Under the pieces are notes generated by a model that was not told the DNA's origin, searched no databases, and saw nothing but the letters and a program-made list of their open reading frames with translations. A DNA stretch of 64,000 nt, taken from Octopus vulgaris (Eukaryota). The stretch lies in assembly GCA_951406725.2 (NCBI GenBank), contig OX597819.1, positions 87,110,001 through 87,174,000 of the forward strand, read 5' to 3'. Positions within the stretch are counted from its first letter, which is position 1, and each line of letters opens with the position of its first letter. Of this stretch, positions 26,563-40,405 are shown piece by piece. The translations under genes were made by a program, and so were the position numbers.

Positions 26563-27347
26563 AATACAGATATATACACTTTGTATATATACATTATATA
26601 TACATATTTATATATAGAACACACACACACACACACATATATAAATTAACCCAATAAATATCTGATTCATAATATTTGTTCTCATGATTGTGTGGTTGTT
26701 GTGGCGATAATAAAACTCTCTTTGAACGTAGACAGACATACGGAGAGAGAGAGAGGGGAGGTGGTAGGGGAATGAGGGACAGCGCTGGCGAAGGCAGTGA
26801 GAGAAAGATAGTAGTATCTGTCAAACGTCGTTATAGAGAGAATGTGAGGGAAGGGAGGAAACAGAGAGAGACGGAGGAAGACATGCAGATAAGAGAATGA
26901 GAGGAGACTTGTCAAAGTGTGCGTTTTTTGCCCTAGTAACGACACCTTTAAAGATAGCTATTTCTAACCTAGCCCACTCGCATCCTCACCTCATTTTACA
27001 TGTCACTGAAAATTTTGGAGTCAATCCGACGGGTCTAGTGGCCTTTAACCCGTTCCAATGCCAAAACCAGACAAACAAACTTTTCGCATTTCAGATTTAT
27101 AGATATTGATATATTTGGCCTAAGGTGTAGCCTCTGCGGTATACACCACGCTTGGATATTGACCACTTCCGAGTTTCCGCTCGCTATGAAACATATGTAG
27201 CTCGGATCTTATCGGCTCCATTCCTTAATTCTTGTGTGTGTGTACACATACACACACACACACACATATATATATATAAAATTAGTGTACATTCATGGGG
27301 CATGTGCTGTCTATTTGTTCCACAATTATATATTAATTTTTAGCGCC

Positions 27348-27416
27348 CTTGCTGATGAAGAACACGGATAACAAATTATTTTATTTATTCATTAATGTTC
27401 GAAACATAGGTACAAG
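27348..27416 (+). ncRNA. Minimal type I hammerhead motif
   Basis: cttg-CTGATGA-a gaaca...tgttc-GAAAC atag GTA-caag; stems I, II and III pair. Confidence 0.75.
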
Positions 27417-29223
27417 TTGTAACTATTGAAAATGTTTTTATTTTTCATCCCCTTCAAAATTACTCTTAACCGTGGTTTGGATTTTGACTGTTCCTTTTAG
27501 CATGTAAGGTGTCCTGTCAGGGTCACCTCTTTTGTGTTGTGAGGGGTTCTTAGATTAAGTGTATAAATTAGGTTTATTTAGATTATTGCTAAAAGGAGTA
27601 TGTAGTAACATACCAGTGGTAGACTAGAGTAGTGGGGTATCCATATCTATACCTGTCTATCCTCTCGCTCAAACAAGCATACATACATTCACAGACCCAC
27701 GAATATACTCGTACCCTTATCTGGATATACATTCACTCCTGTATACATATGTATGCATAACTATATACATGCATAACCATACCGGCTTACATACATAACT
27801 ACATCTCCACCCATGTACACATACGTATACTTACACATTCACACCTATGGATACATGTTTGTGTATGCACACAAAATCCCATGCCTTCTTGCATAGCTTC
27901 TCATATATGTGTATATATAAATATATATATACACATACATACATGCACATACATATACATACACATACATGTATACATACGCATACATATATACCCCCAT
28001 ATACACTCATCTACACACAGCTCGCCGCCTTAAGCACTAACCATAACAGTATAGCACACTACACGCACCATAGCAGTTATAACCCCCAACCACAATCCCT
28101 TATGGACCATCGGATAATATATTATAGCTAAACTACTTGATACATCGAAACACGTTGATGCTTACACCCACTAGTTGATACATGTATCTAAACACAAACA
28201 CCCCCCAATGATATCTAGAACTGATATAGCCTCTTCACTAAGACCAAAATAAAGCAGTATTACACTATTAAACTAATTAAAATGTACGGGTTACCCCCCA
28301 TTAGCAATACCCAAATAATACCGTTAAAAATCCCAAACGTATACACTTCCATGTAGACAATCTCATTTAACATCCCCTTTAAAAAAAACATTCAATTAAC
28401 ACCCTAACACTGCCACTACTTGAAAATTTAATATTCTATATCTTACTAGTATACATTTTAGCAGCGAATAACTACAAGTAAGTACAACACCTAGATATCC
28501 AACGGCCATGTAAACAATTAGCAATTGTCCATTCTGGTCGGTTTTTGCCCCTGTTTATGAATAATTCTCTTGCCTTCCGTTAGCCTAAAGATTACCAATC
28601 CAGATCTTATCTTACTATAATTACTCACTATCTAAACATACACCATAGATATATTATAAAGTAAAACACCACCCACCCGTATTATCACTCGCATTAGTTA
28701 CTCCTTCGATAGATAGATATGTTTTAAATATTTATTTCTTTTCTTATATTATATTTTTTTCTTATTTTGTTCTATATGATTCTCTTCCCATAGTTTTAGT
28801 TGCTTTAGTTATTTTACTTGTTTTATTTGTTGTATTGGTATTATTTTGTTCGTTTATTTATCCCTACTAGCCATTGATTTAATTGATAGCCATACGAACC
28901 AGAACCACGTCATTGTTTTCAAATAAGAGCTGACCAATTTGTTTGTAGGAATGACCATGACCCCACCCCACAACACATAGGGTTATCGAGATTTGTTGAT
29001 CGGCAACAAAGTAGCGAACACTAACATCCCTTTTTGGCCCCACCTAGTCTTATCGCATTGATGCACTCGTATATCAAATTTCCCAAGATGGGTTCATTAT
29101 AAGTTGATTATGCTATACATTCTGCAATGCTACACCTACTAACTAGCACTTTGCATATAAACTTTCACCCTTGTAACACGGACCATACCAACAAACCTAC
29201 CACTAAAGTTCTATGGAAACTCA

Positions 29224-29489
<266 letters not shown>

Positions 29490-29504
29490 TATGTGTGTGT
29501 GTGT

Positions 29505-29960
29505 AATTCTACAGATCTTACTAAATGTATTTGGAATTTAAAAGATAGTAACATTAAATATGATTTAAAGTGGTTCATTATTAGTTATGCACCATCGTAC
29601 AATATTGGTAAGGTCGGCGAGCTGGCAGGATTGTTAGTACGTCGAGCGAAATGTTTAGCAGTATTTCGTCTGGTGTTACGTTCTGAGTTCAAATTCCGCC
29701 GATGTCGACCTTGCCTTTCATCCTTTCGTGGTTGATTAAATAAGTACCAGCTACGCACTGAGGTTAATGTAATCATCTTAATCCCTTTGTTTGTCCTTTT
29801 TTGTCGCCGCTATGTTTAGCCCCCTGTGGTCAATAAAGAAATAAATATTGGTAATTCCATATGTGAAGAAATGTATTATTAGATTACTTATAAATTGATT
29901 TTATCAAATTTTAATGATACCTTTGCAATAAAATTCTGCCATAAATTTAGAAAAACTTTC
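29505..29960 (+). mobile_element. Penelope-like GIY-YIG C-terminal relic interrupted by a family B SINE (about 29612-29843)
   Basis: NSTDLTKCIWNLKDSNIKYDLKW is homologous to 42860-42930; TSD aatattggtaa flanks the SINE. Confidence 0.7.
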
Positions 29961-30332
29961 AAATATTTTAATTCTTAATTTTAGTTTTCATGTTATATAA
30001 GATTAATTCTTGTAAAAGGTTTAATATGTTTAGTAGACAACTAATTGTTGTGACGTAAAGCCCCTGTTTCTAACAATCATAACGTAAAATACTTATCTTT
30101 ATTTTTTATTCTTTAGTTATGCAGTGAAGTTACCAATAGATAAATAGAAATATAGCCTATTTTAGAATATATCTCTTGATGTTTCTAATTGTCATAATGT
30201 AGAATTCTCATGTTTTTTTTTTCGTTGAGGATGTTAGATATAGAAATAATCTCTTCACTCAAGGTGCTAGACAGCTAAAGTTGAGAGATGCTGCTAGAAC
30301 GGAACTGGTAATAAAAATAGTAGCAAAAAATT

Positions 30333-30372
<40 letters not shown>

Positions 30373-30411
30373 CTTTTCGTATGATGTTTTAGAGCAAAAA
30401 ACCGTACAAAC

Positions 30412-30612
30412 CTTGGTCAAACTGTAAGTGATGTTGCGGTTCTGTTGGTAGGATAGTGTATTTTCGCATAACATTCATATCCATTAGAGCTGAACCTCGG
30501 AATAAACTGAAACAACCGGGACTGCACAAAACACAGCCTAGCACATGTTCTGTTGCCTTCTGATACCAATGGCCAATGGCATACTCAAAAATTTGAAACC
30601 ATATCATTGGAC
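30412..30612 (-). CDS. Chitin synthase exon (Q.FEYAIGHW.QKATEH..GCVLCSPGCFSLFR...QFDQG)
   Basis: cag acceptor and gtttgt donor; highly conserved catalytic-domain sequence. Confidence 0.97.
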
Positions 30613-33012
30613 CTGTAGAATAATTGAATACAGAATACAATGTTTGTATATACACCTTTGTATATATGTGCGTGTGAGTGTGCGTGAGTGTGTGTAAGTG
30701 TGTTTGAGTGTGTTTGTGTGTAAGTGTATGCACATATGTATGTGTGTGAGAGAGAGAGAGAGAAGTGTATGCGCATATATGTGTGTCTGTACGTGTACAT
30801 AAGTATTTGTGCACATGTATTCACACATATATGTATATACTTATTCTTAAACAATGATATTATTGACAGTGACTTCGAAGTTTTGGCCACTTAACCCATC
30901 GTCAGATTGTGATGCATTGAAGTTAATGTTCGATTTATATTGTCTCTGTTAAGTTGAAATCGTCCTTGGATATGTGAGTCTGAGTGGAGTGGTAATTAGA
31001 TTTTAGGGAGTGTTTTGGAGAAATTTTTATTGATTAAATTTGGGGCTATGTTAGTGATAACAATTTATCCATGTATGTAGAACATTGTAAGGAGATACAA
31101 ATATTTATGTACCCCATATGGCACGTGCGTATATGATGTTAGTTGTAACGCATTGGTTTTAATGGATTTAACTCTTGTTTTCATAATGTAAATGTCAAAG
31201 GTTGAAAGTTTAGTCCAGTATTTGAAAACTTAGAAATCGTGTGTCAGCGTTTTTGTAATGGAAATCTTTAAGATTTCCCAAATGAATGTAAATAGGAGTA
31301 AGCTGGCCACTTTCTTTAGTAGTTGTTGCTACTTAGGGTAATTCTTGTTCTTAATTGGAAGAATATGTCACTGTGTAGTTAGTATGTTGTGCTTTGATGT
31401 TTACAAGCGGATGTGTTTAGGTGTAAAGATTATTGGTTAGTATGTTTCTCTCTAGGGATTCGTTCCATAAGCAATTTGATTGATATGTACAATCTTAACC
31501 TCTGTGTTTTATGCAGGTAAAGTTTGTGGGCTATGTTTTTTTAATAAATATTTCAATTTTGTCTCAAATGTGTGAGTTCAAATTCCGCCGTGGTCGACTT
31601 TGCCTTTCATCCTTTCGGGGTCGATTAATTAAGTACCAGTTGCGTACTGGAGTCAATTTAATCGACTGGTCCCCTCCAACCAAATTTAGGACCTTGTGCC
31701 TAGAGGAGAAAATAATATAATTGAGTGATCTTCGTCATGATAGCAGTTGCCAGCGAAGCCCACCCAGCTTTGAGCAATAATCGTAGAGATGGGCTGAATG
31801 TGTACCTTACATTTCCTCTTTGGTATCATTCTCATGCTATGGGTTATTTTGACCCATAATAAGCTGTGAATTATCTGGCAATCAGGACATTAAATTCAAC
31901 AAGGATGACTTTCTTCAGGGAATGTATAAGAATCATTCTCAACGGAACCGAAACTTGGACTACAAAAATGGAACATCAATGTCGCCTTGATATTCAAAAT
32001 TTATCTTGAAATAAATAACAAGTGAATTTGACAGCTCTTAATGCTTTTAAATTTCGATGATATTATAGGAACTTGTATATATTAGAAAGACATCAAGTTA
32101 TCGGCTATGTCTGACAGTTAAAAGCAATTTCTATTTCAATATGGTGTAGTTACCGTACTAATACGTAATAAATTGTTGATAAACCGATGAACTACATAAA
32201 CTTAATACCCAAAAGTCATTGAAAGCATTTCCCCTTAGAAATAATTTTTAAAAATCACATGCCGTATAAATTTGAAACCTGCTTCAACAAAAGAATTGCC
32301 TACGTGCACTGTACATTGTGCATTGCAAAAAAAAAAATCAACATTACAGTCCTGCGCAAAAGATTGTCAAGCGACGACAAAGGTCCTGCAGCATTTCGTT
32401 CCTTTTTTCTGCGTTCTGAATTAGAATGCCACCGAGATCGACTTTACTTTCCACTCTTCTGAGGTACATTAGGTTTTGTGGTTGATATGATCAACCGTAT
32501 CCTTACAAATCATTTTTATAAAATAGTTTCGTAAGCTAAATGCTTAGTATATACTTCCCTGATGAGGTCTAACAGTAATGTAAAAGCGCCAAAGATCAAG
32601 CTAACTCCCCAGTTGAATCTAGTTAATTTTAGTTAATTTGAATTCTGAGGTTATGTCCTTTACATTTCTTAAAATTAGTCATGATACCGATTATTCCTCC
32701 TCACCACAAGTGCAATTTTTATTAGTCAAATCATCTTGGAATGGTACATTAAAGATGTTAGCACTCATTTTATTACTAGTACATTAAAGTTTTGTCTACA
32801 ATTAAGCTATATCCCTCAAAAGATATGTGATTCTATTTCCAATTATATATGATCGCTATCCCAACCACTCGAGATTGAAATCTGAGCTGCACCTACTTCC
32901 AGCTAAACATTTGAGAACAATTTGGTAAATTATTCAAACCCTAACAACCGTATGTCATTACGAATAAAACAAAAAGAAAACATAGAATGTGTAGAGAAAG
33001 AAGTAGCTATAC

Positions 33013-33148
33013 CTTTCCCCATTGGATGGATTCGTCCACATGCAGCTCCTAATTTTTTATCATTTTTCATAAGATCCAACAGCTTTTCAACTGCATCAGG
33101 TTGAAAATCAACATCACCATCAAGAGCCAAAATGTATGTCTTCTTGGC
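33013..33148 (-). CDS. Chitin synthase exon (TYILALDGDVDF...ACGRIHP)
   Basis: cag acceptor and gtatag donor; DxD motif LDGD. Confidence 0.97.
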
Positions 33149-34753
33149 CTGAAATAGGTTATTCCATTATCATTTTATATATATTCTTTGACGAGAGGTT
33201 TAATTTCAAAACGTGTATGTAAAATAAACCCTATTGTATTGTAACAGAGTCATTGTAAACACTTATTAATACATATATTAAATTTTTTTACGTCTTTATT
33301 TTGGTTACAGAAAAGTCTACTTCATTTTACCTCTTTTCTGTTTTATGATTTCCTTATTTTTTAACTTGCAGATGGAATATTATACTTCTAATCTACATAT
33401 TACTTGGGGGAAAAATTGCTAAAAGCGTTAAAGAAAGTTGAACATATATTTGTTGTTTGGAACTTCAGAGTGGAATGATATTTATGAATTGCGTTTTCCT
33501 GTTATTCATTTACTAATCATTTGGGGGAAATACTGTATAAGAAACGAAGAGCATCTCTAAAAATGACTACAAACTTTTTATACTATCAATATATGCGTGG
33601 TAAATTTAATTTGTCACTCGCTTTAACATTACCACATCAACCACGAATACATGTAGAAGGATTCATTTTCTTGCAAGCATTTGAGTCAGGCTTTTGCTCT
33701 GAAAATATCTTCCTCTAACCAGTTACAGTGAGCCGAAAAAATTATGAACACAACACGTCTTCCTCTGGTTAAGAGAAAGGACAGCTATATCGGGAAATAT
33801 CTTTGATTTTAATGAATGTACTTACATAGGTACGACATTAAACTCTATCTCGTAGTGAGGCTCAGCTCGGGAGTTCTGGAGTAGTGGGGATCGTGGAATC
33901 ACCCATTAATGACAATTAGTCCCATATTTGTTCTGAACCGGAACAGTAGTACCTGTGTGTCCCATCTATAGGTTAATTAGACTTTTGTAAAGGTTTATTG
34001 AGTTCCTCTCCAGGAACGCAGTCAATCTGGGAGAAGGAAAACTCCAAAATTACTACCTTCTTCTAACTTGCCCTAAGGCAGCAGGGGAAGAGCATGGCTG
34101 ATGTAAGTAACATAAGATACGTCTATTAATATAGATTCATACTATGGAGGCAACTATCTCACGTTAGTGCGCATTCTGCCGTCGGTGAAGAGAGCAGATA
34201 AACGAACTTACATAGAACGGGAAGTTAAAACCTTTGAAGGATATAGACCTGAATAAGTCTGTCAATCAGCCTTACCATTGTAATACTGTAACAAGCTGTT
34301 GAGAATTAAGTATATGACTTCTAAAATGTTTTCTCGTGAGATTATTCAATATCAGTGAAAACAAATTACCAAAATTACAATTGAGTAATTACAACGGTAA
34401 AATTGCATGGAATATTTGGGGCCTTGCTTCTGGTTCAACAGAGCCAGCAAGAAGATTCGGACTCATTTATTTAAATGAAAGACATACATTTGAACTACAT
34501 GTACTGGTGGTAGTTAATTTATCCACCTCTTTAAGAATAACAAACTACACATCTGAAGAAATTCGACAGTGTGAAACGATATCTTAGCTTAAAAACATCA
34601 ACTAATCTTTATTTTAAAAATCATTCTCGATTTAGAACAATTGCGGCAAAATATAAAAGATGTAGACGCCTAAACCTCAACTTAAGAAATATCTGAAAAC
34701 TAAATTGCAGGAAATGTAATAAAAGAAAAAGTAGAAATTATCAGCAACATTAC

Positions 34754-34885
34754 AATTTTCATTATTTCTTCGGTTCTTATTTTGTCGAGGTCAAACTCAA
34801 AAGGCCTTGCGTTTAATACCAAATTTACCCTTTCATCGGCCAACATGGGGAGTCTATGAGCAAGCAAGTAGTACATATACATAAC
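34754..34885 (-). CDS. Chitin synthase exon (VMYMYYLLAHRL...EEIMKI)
   Basis: tag acceptor; VMYMYYLL follows KRWSQ as in other CHS enzymes. The gtaatg donor gives the required phase 0, but the donor position is less certain. Confidence 0.88.
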
Positions 34886-35321
34886 CTAAAATAGATCAAC
34901 CAGTAGATCCTTTAAGAGATTACGGCATATCAGGTATGAAATATTCACTTTCAAAATAATGCGTCACAAAAACATTTTGAAAAGCAAATTAGCACAAATT
35001 TACCCCTATAAACGCATAAATAGATTTTTGGACGTGATAACATTTAATATTTTTTAAAGTGTATATATCGCAGCAAAATAACAGAATTTGCGCTGCATTC
35101 AACAAATATTCTGGAGCTGAGATAGCGATACCACAATATCACGGTATATTTTACAAATACACAAGTAAGCGGGCAAACGAAAGAAAAATGGGTACTCAAT
35201 ATATTTCGTAAGAGTCACATGAATTATATAAAACAGTTTGATTCGGCTCCGTGCGGGCCCCTAACAGAATACTGCGAAGCATTAAGTTGTACGGAACCAA
35301 ATAAAACTGTTTTAAATCATA

Positions 35322-36250
35322 TTGGGTCATCCCATAAATAATGCGGTTTTATTTTTCAATTGCATGAACTAAAAGTCAGAGGGGGATAGGATAAACTACC
35401 TGCATGAACTTACTATAAAAGCAGGTAGTAATTTTACGTTGTCCTTATTCTTAATGCAAGTTTTGAAGAGTGCAGTTCGATTTTAACAGTTATAAAGTTA
35501 TAATGGAAGTGACAAAGGAGTATTATTAGACATATTTTGCTTTATGTGTTCAATAAAGGCAAAAACGCAACGGAAAGGGCGAAGAATCTTAATGCCGTAT
35601 ATGGGGATCGGACAATAAGCATAAGACGGTGTCAATGGTGGTTCCAGGATTTCGATCCCGAAACTACTGCCTAGAAAACGAGCCTCATCCTAGAAGATCT
35701 GTAAAACTCGATGAGGACGTCCTGCAAACCCTGGTGGAACAAAATCCTATCTTAACTGTTGAGGATCTAGCAGAAAAGCTTAGATTTCGCCATTCAACCA
35801 GTCATTCAAGTCAGCGTTAGAAGAAAAACGACCATCTTTGGTTTCAAGACTAAAGGTGTTCTTCTAACAAGATAATGCTGGGTCACACACAGCGAAGATG
35901 ACATTCCAAAGGCTGGAGCAGTTTGAATGGGAAACGATGCCCTACCTACCATATTCACCGGACATTGCCCCATCTGATTATTATTTATTCCTTTATTCCG
36001 CAGTCTTCAAAATCATTTGGACGGAAAAAATATGAATTCTGTAGACGAAGTTAGAGCAGTACAGGACGAGTATTTTTCGTCACAGGCAAGTGAATTTTGG
36101 AAGAGAGGCCTTGCAAATCTACCAGATAGATGGAAGAGTATTGTAGAAAATGGAGGAGACTATATTTTAGATTAAAAAAGAACTTTATTTATCTTAATTT
36201 TGAAAAATACAAGAAGCATAAAAATCCGCATTATTTATGGGATGACCCAA
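35322..36250 (+). mobile_element. Internally deleted mariner element
   Basis: TIR ttgggtcatcccataaataatgcgg at both ends, TA flanks, YSPDIAPSDYYLF motif. Confidence 0.92.
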
Positions 36251-36274
36251 TATATATATATATACATATATATA

Positions 36275-37909
36275 CAGTTGCGGCCAAAATGTTCAGAACG
36301 GCATTGTTTTCGTCAGAAAAGTAAGTATAAGTTTTTATTAAAGTTGTTTTATATTCTATAATTTTCACAGACAATAAATACCATATTATTTGTTATTGTC
36401 TGAGATTTTAGTGTAATTTGAGAGGATAATACAAAAGTTATGGATGATTTAGTGATTTACTGCAAAACTCATGGCGGCCAAAATGATCAGAATGGTTGCT
36501 TTTACTTCATGTTTTATTATATTTAACCAGCGAACTCTAATATTTTGAATTTGTTTACGTGACGGTTCATTTACGAAACACGCCGTAAGAATATCTGCAG
36601 TGTATTTTGTTAATATAATGCCACTTACTCCATTACCAATTCGTCAGCAGATTATTAAGCTTCGAAAGAAGGATAATTTAAGTATTGGGTCTATTGCAAA
36701 GATTGTTAACAAGTCAAAAAGTGTTGTTCACGGTATTCTTAAGGTCTACGATGATTGTGGTTCGTGTGAAGCAAGAACGTCTACAGGTAGGCCAAGAAAA
36801 ACGACCAAGAGAGAAGATCGTGCTATGGTAAGGTTAGTTAAAAAGGTTAGATTTAAAACTGCTGCTGCTGTTTCTCGGGAAATGAGCATTGCACTGAAGA
36901 AAACTTTATCTCGAAAAACTGTGTCTCGTCGTTTAGTTGAACATGACCTACAAGCAAGAGCACCTGCAGTGAAACCACTGATCAGCTCCAAGAATAAAAA
37001 GTGTCGTCTTACCTTTGCAACCGAACATGTGTTGTGGTCTCAAGAAAAATGGCCAACGGTGCAGTCTATGTTATTTGGCTCAGATAGAGGCAATAAGGTA
37101 CGTTCGTCGAAAAGCAGGTGAAAAATTGTCGCCTAAATGCCTTAAGACTAATGTTAAATTCGGTGGAGGAAGTGTCATGGTTTGGGGGATGATAACTGGA
37201 GATGGTGTGGGCCCTTTGGTGCGATTACATGGAAAGGTAAATGCAGGAGTTTATAAACAACTTGTAAAAGATCATGTCTTGCCTGTGCTGAGAAATTCAA
37301 CTAAGCGACCACCCATATTCATGCAGGACAATGCCCCATGTCACAAGGCTAAGGCGGTCATGAACTTCCTCAAGGCTGAAAAGGTTATTATTATGGATTG
37401 GCTTGCTCAAAGCCCAGATCTCAATCCTATTGAAAACATGTGCTGGAGTCGGAAAGACAACATCCAGGTCTCCTGGAGAACGTTCGAAAGCCAGAAATCC
37501 TAAAACAACTGAGCAATTATGGAATGCCCTTCCGGAAGAATGGAATAAGATCACCCAGCAAGAAATTGAAAATTTAATTTCCTCATGCAGTCGAAGATGT
37601 CAAAGTTTGATTGAAGCTGAAGGGCTTCACACTAAATATGAAATAATTCCAGCATTCTCTGTCATTTTTTATTATTTTGTTATTTTTTCAACCATTCTGA
37701 TCATTTTGGCCACCATGGGTTTTGCAGTAAATCATTATATCATCCATAACTTTTGTATTATCCACTCAAATTATATCAAAATCTCAGACAATACCAATTA
37801 CTATTGTATTTATTGTCTGTGAAAATTATAGAATATAAAACAACTTTGATAAAAACTTATACCTACTTTTCTGTCGAAAACAATGCCGTTCTGAACATTT
37901 TGGCCGCAA

Positions 37910-37912
<3 letters not shown>
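36275..37912 (+). mobile_element. Tc1 (DD34E) transposon with long IR/DR-type TIRs and a frameshifted transposase
   Basis: About 220-bp TIRs starting cagttgcggccaaaatgttcagaac with an inner direct repeat; GRPRKTT, KFGGGSVMVWG, QDNAPCH and SPDLNPIEN motifs. Confidence 0.95.
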
Positions 37913-37965
<53 letters not shown>

Positions 37966-38073
37966 GTATTAATAGTAATGGTAAGACAACAAAAGAATGA
38001 ATGAAACCTCGATATTATGTAAATAGAGGAATGTATCTGTAATATAATATGTGACGATTATTCGGTTGCCATA

Positions 38074-38129
38074 ATAAGACTCCGAGTTTCGGATGTCGGG
38101 GCGGAAACCTCCAGCATCTCGTCAGCTAT
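38074..38129 (-). ncRNA. Minimal type I hammerhead motif
   Basis: Minus strand atag-CTGACGA-gatg...catcc-GAAACTC g GAGTC-ttat. Confidence 0.65.
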
Positions 38130-38139
38130 AGAGGCAATA

Positions 38140-38800
38140 AAAAAATGCTATGAAAATGACCGTTAAACAAAAGGAAATTACTATGTAATTCACCTTTATT
38201 AAGACAAAAGAGCTATTAGAATGACTTTTAAATAAGGGCAAAAAAAAAAAAACGAAGGGGAGAAAGTAAAAAAGTAAAGAAGTAAAAATCTCTCATCACA
38301 AGTAATGATTTGATGCAAAAATGGTATTTTTCCAGTCGAGAAAACAATATGGAGCACACTTCGAGGAGTCTGTTTTTTTTTAATCTCGTTCAGTTGATGT
38401 GGAACAAACTTATCCGTTTTCTTGACTTTTCCAGTTCTTTCCAGGTGTCCAAAACAGATGTTTTGGAATTCTGATGAAAGTTTTCGAAACTTTGTTCTCG
38501 GATTTTGTTCAACCAAAGCATTTAATCCGCCATACAGAATAACTGATTTTGGCCCACCCCTTGGTTTATTTTCAAGGCTACCATCTCCTGAACGAGAGCT
38601 TTGGAACCATCTCTGAACAGATATCAACAAAACCAGAACCAAAAGCTCGCTTGCTATTCTGTAGAGCTTCTGCGGCAGTGTAACCTAGTTTGTACTCATA
38701 CGGGAAAATCACTCAACATAGTTTGGTTGTTATCAATTTCATAAGATCTGTGGGTACGAATTTTGTATACCAATATTGTTGGGAAAGGAAAAGAATCAAG
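38140..38800 (-). mobile_element. Decayed mariner fragment
   Basis: VQRWF..SGDGSLENKPRGG, FVPHQL and IITCDE motifs. Confidence 0.75.
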
Positions 38801-38889
38801 ATTAAATGCAAGGTATACATAATTAAGTTTTTAAATGACTGAAATAAGAGAAGTAATTAAAAATCCGACATTTCATATATCTATCTTTA

Positions 38890-40040
38890 CAGTTCTATAT
38901 TTAAAAAACGAGGAATTATGTACATTTGACGGATATTTATCCTCATCTTGGGGAAATTTCGAACCTGGGTTCTCATTCCTAAGGTATTTTTCGATGTTAT
39001 TATTATTATTATGATTATTATTCAGGTCACTACCTGGAATCGAACTCGGAATCTTGTGGTTAGTAGCTCGCGCTCTTAACCACTACGCCATATGGGCAAT
39101 TATGGAGTGAATTTTAGGGCTTATAAATCTAATATTCTCCTATCCTTCCTTAATATCGATTCCCATATGCTGTTCATAAATGCACTCGGTCTGCTTAGAA
39201 GGTTGTTGTGTCCTAGCATATGTGCTGCTTCTTTTAGTTTTCATATTTTCCAGTGGTGTTCTCTGTCTATTATTTTAACTTCATCCCACAGGGGGAGGTG
39301 GTCTTCATTTTTTCATACATGATCAGCTAACCCGATTTATCAATATCTCTCCATGTCACAGCTTTGCGATGTTCCTCTAACCTTATTTTGAGGAGGCGGC
39401 ATGTTTCGCCTTTGTATAACCTACCACAGCTGCATGGGATGGAGTATACGCAGTTCTTGGTCATATTCTCTTCTACTGGCCTTTTTACTCGGAGATATTT
39501 GCGAAGTGTTGTATTACTTTTGAATACTGTCCTAATGTCATATGGCCGCATATCTTTTGTATCTTTTCGGAGAGGCCTTTCACATAAGGTAGACAGACAG
39601 TAGACAGTTTATCGGTTACATCCTCTTTTTTCTTCATAATTGGACTGGAGAGTATGCTTTTAGGGTAGTTGTTGCTTAATAGATTGCTACTGAGTTCGAT
39701 CATTTCTTCGTGTTGGGTATCACGATCGCTACTTATATTCATTGCTCGACGTTTTAGGTACTGAGCAATCCCTCTCTTTACACTATGGATGGTGGGAGTT
39801 GAAGTTGAGGTATCGTCCAGTGAAGGTCGGCTTGCAGTATACGGATGTCCTGAATCCATACTTGGTGCGTGTTATTAATACATCCAGGAATGCTAGCTGA
39901 GTGTCTTCTTCTTTTTCCATTGTGAACTGTATGGATGGCTTTATTGAGTTCACATGATCTAACATCACTTGGACATCTTCCTGGTGGGGCCACAGTATGA
40001 AGGTGTCATCAACATATAGTTGATGTAGGATGTTACAGCC
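38890..40040 (-). mobile_element. 5'-truncated Penelope-like retroelement (RT C-terminus, GIY-YIG and pLTR)
   Basis: YVDDTF, LAFLDVLI, VYCKPTFTGRYLNFNSHHP and CVYSIPCSCGRLYKGET motifs. Confidence 0.9.
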
Positions 40041-40134
40041 ATGATCTAGCGATTGTGATTTCAATTCCTACACCAGGTGGTGTGTTGTGTTCTTGAGAAA
40101 AACACTGCATCTGACATTGCTCTGCAATCACTTC

Positions 40135-40173
40135 GAAACCTGACGCGTGGTACATTGTACATCTGTTCAGACA

Positions 40174-40220
<47 letters not shown>

Positions 40221-40405
40221 ACACACACATGCATACACATCAATATGACGGGATTCCAGACAGTTTGCGTACACCAAATTTATGCATAAGACATTTGTAG
40301 CCTTAGGGATATAGTAGATAATACTACGGTACCGCACAGTGGGACTGAACGCTAAACCTTAGGGTTGTAAAGTGAGTTTCTAAACTACACACCCTTGCCT
40401 GCGCC
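40135..40405 (-). mobile_element. Degenerate family A SINE
   Basis: ccgcacagtgggactgaac...cctgcgcct head. Confidence 0.65.

Larger units (their letters stand above)
23645..27109 (-). mobile_element. Putative non-autonomous Helitron enclosing the retrozyme array
   Basis: 3' CTAG at 23645-23648 with subterminal hairpin acccgc-n7-gcgggt; candidate 5' A|TCAATATCTATAAA at 27109. Continuity of the two ends is inferred. Confidence 0.5.

Noticed and set aside
30900-31560. Possible retroelement coding relic
   Set aside because: Strand-biased composition, but no motif I can identify with confidence.
32559-32600. CTGATGAG as a hammerhead core
   Set aside because: No matching stem II, GAAA or stem I downstream.
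39021-39090. Functional tRNA gene
   Set aside because: A and B boxes are present but the acceptor and anticodon stems do not close, and it is embedded in a retroelement.
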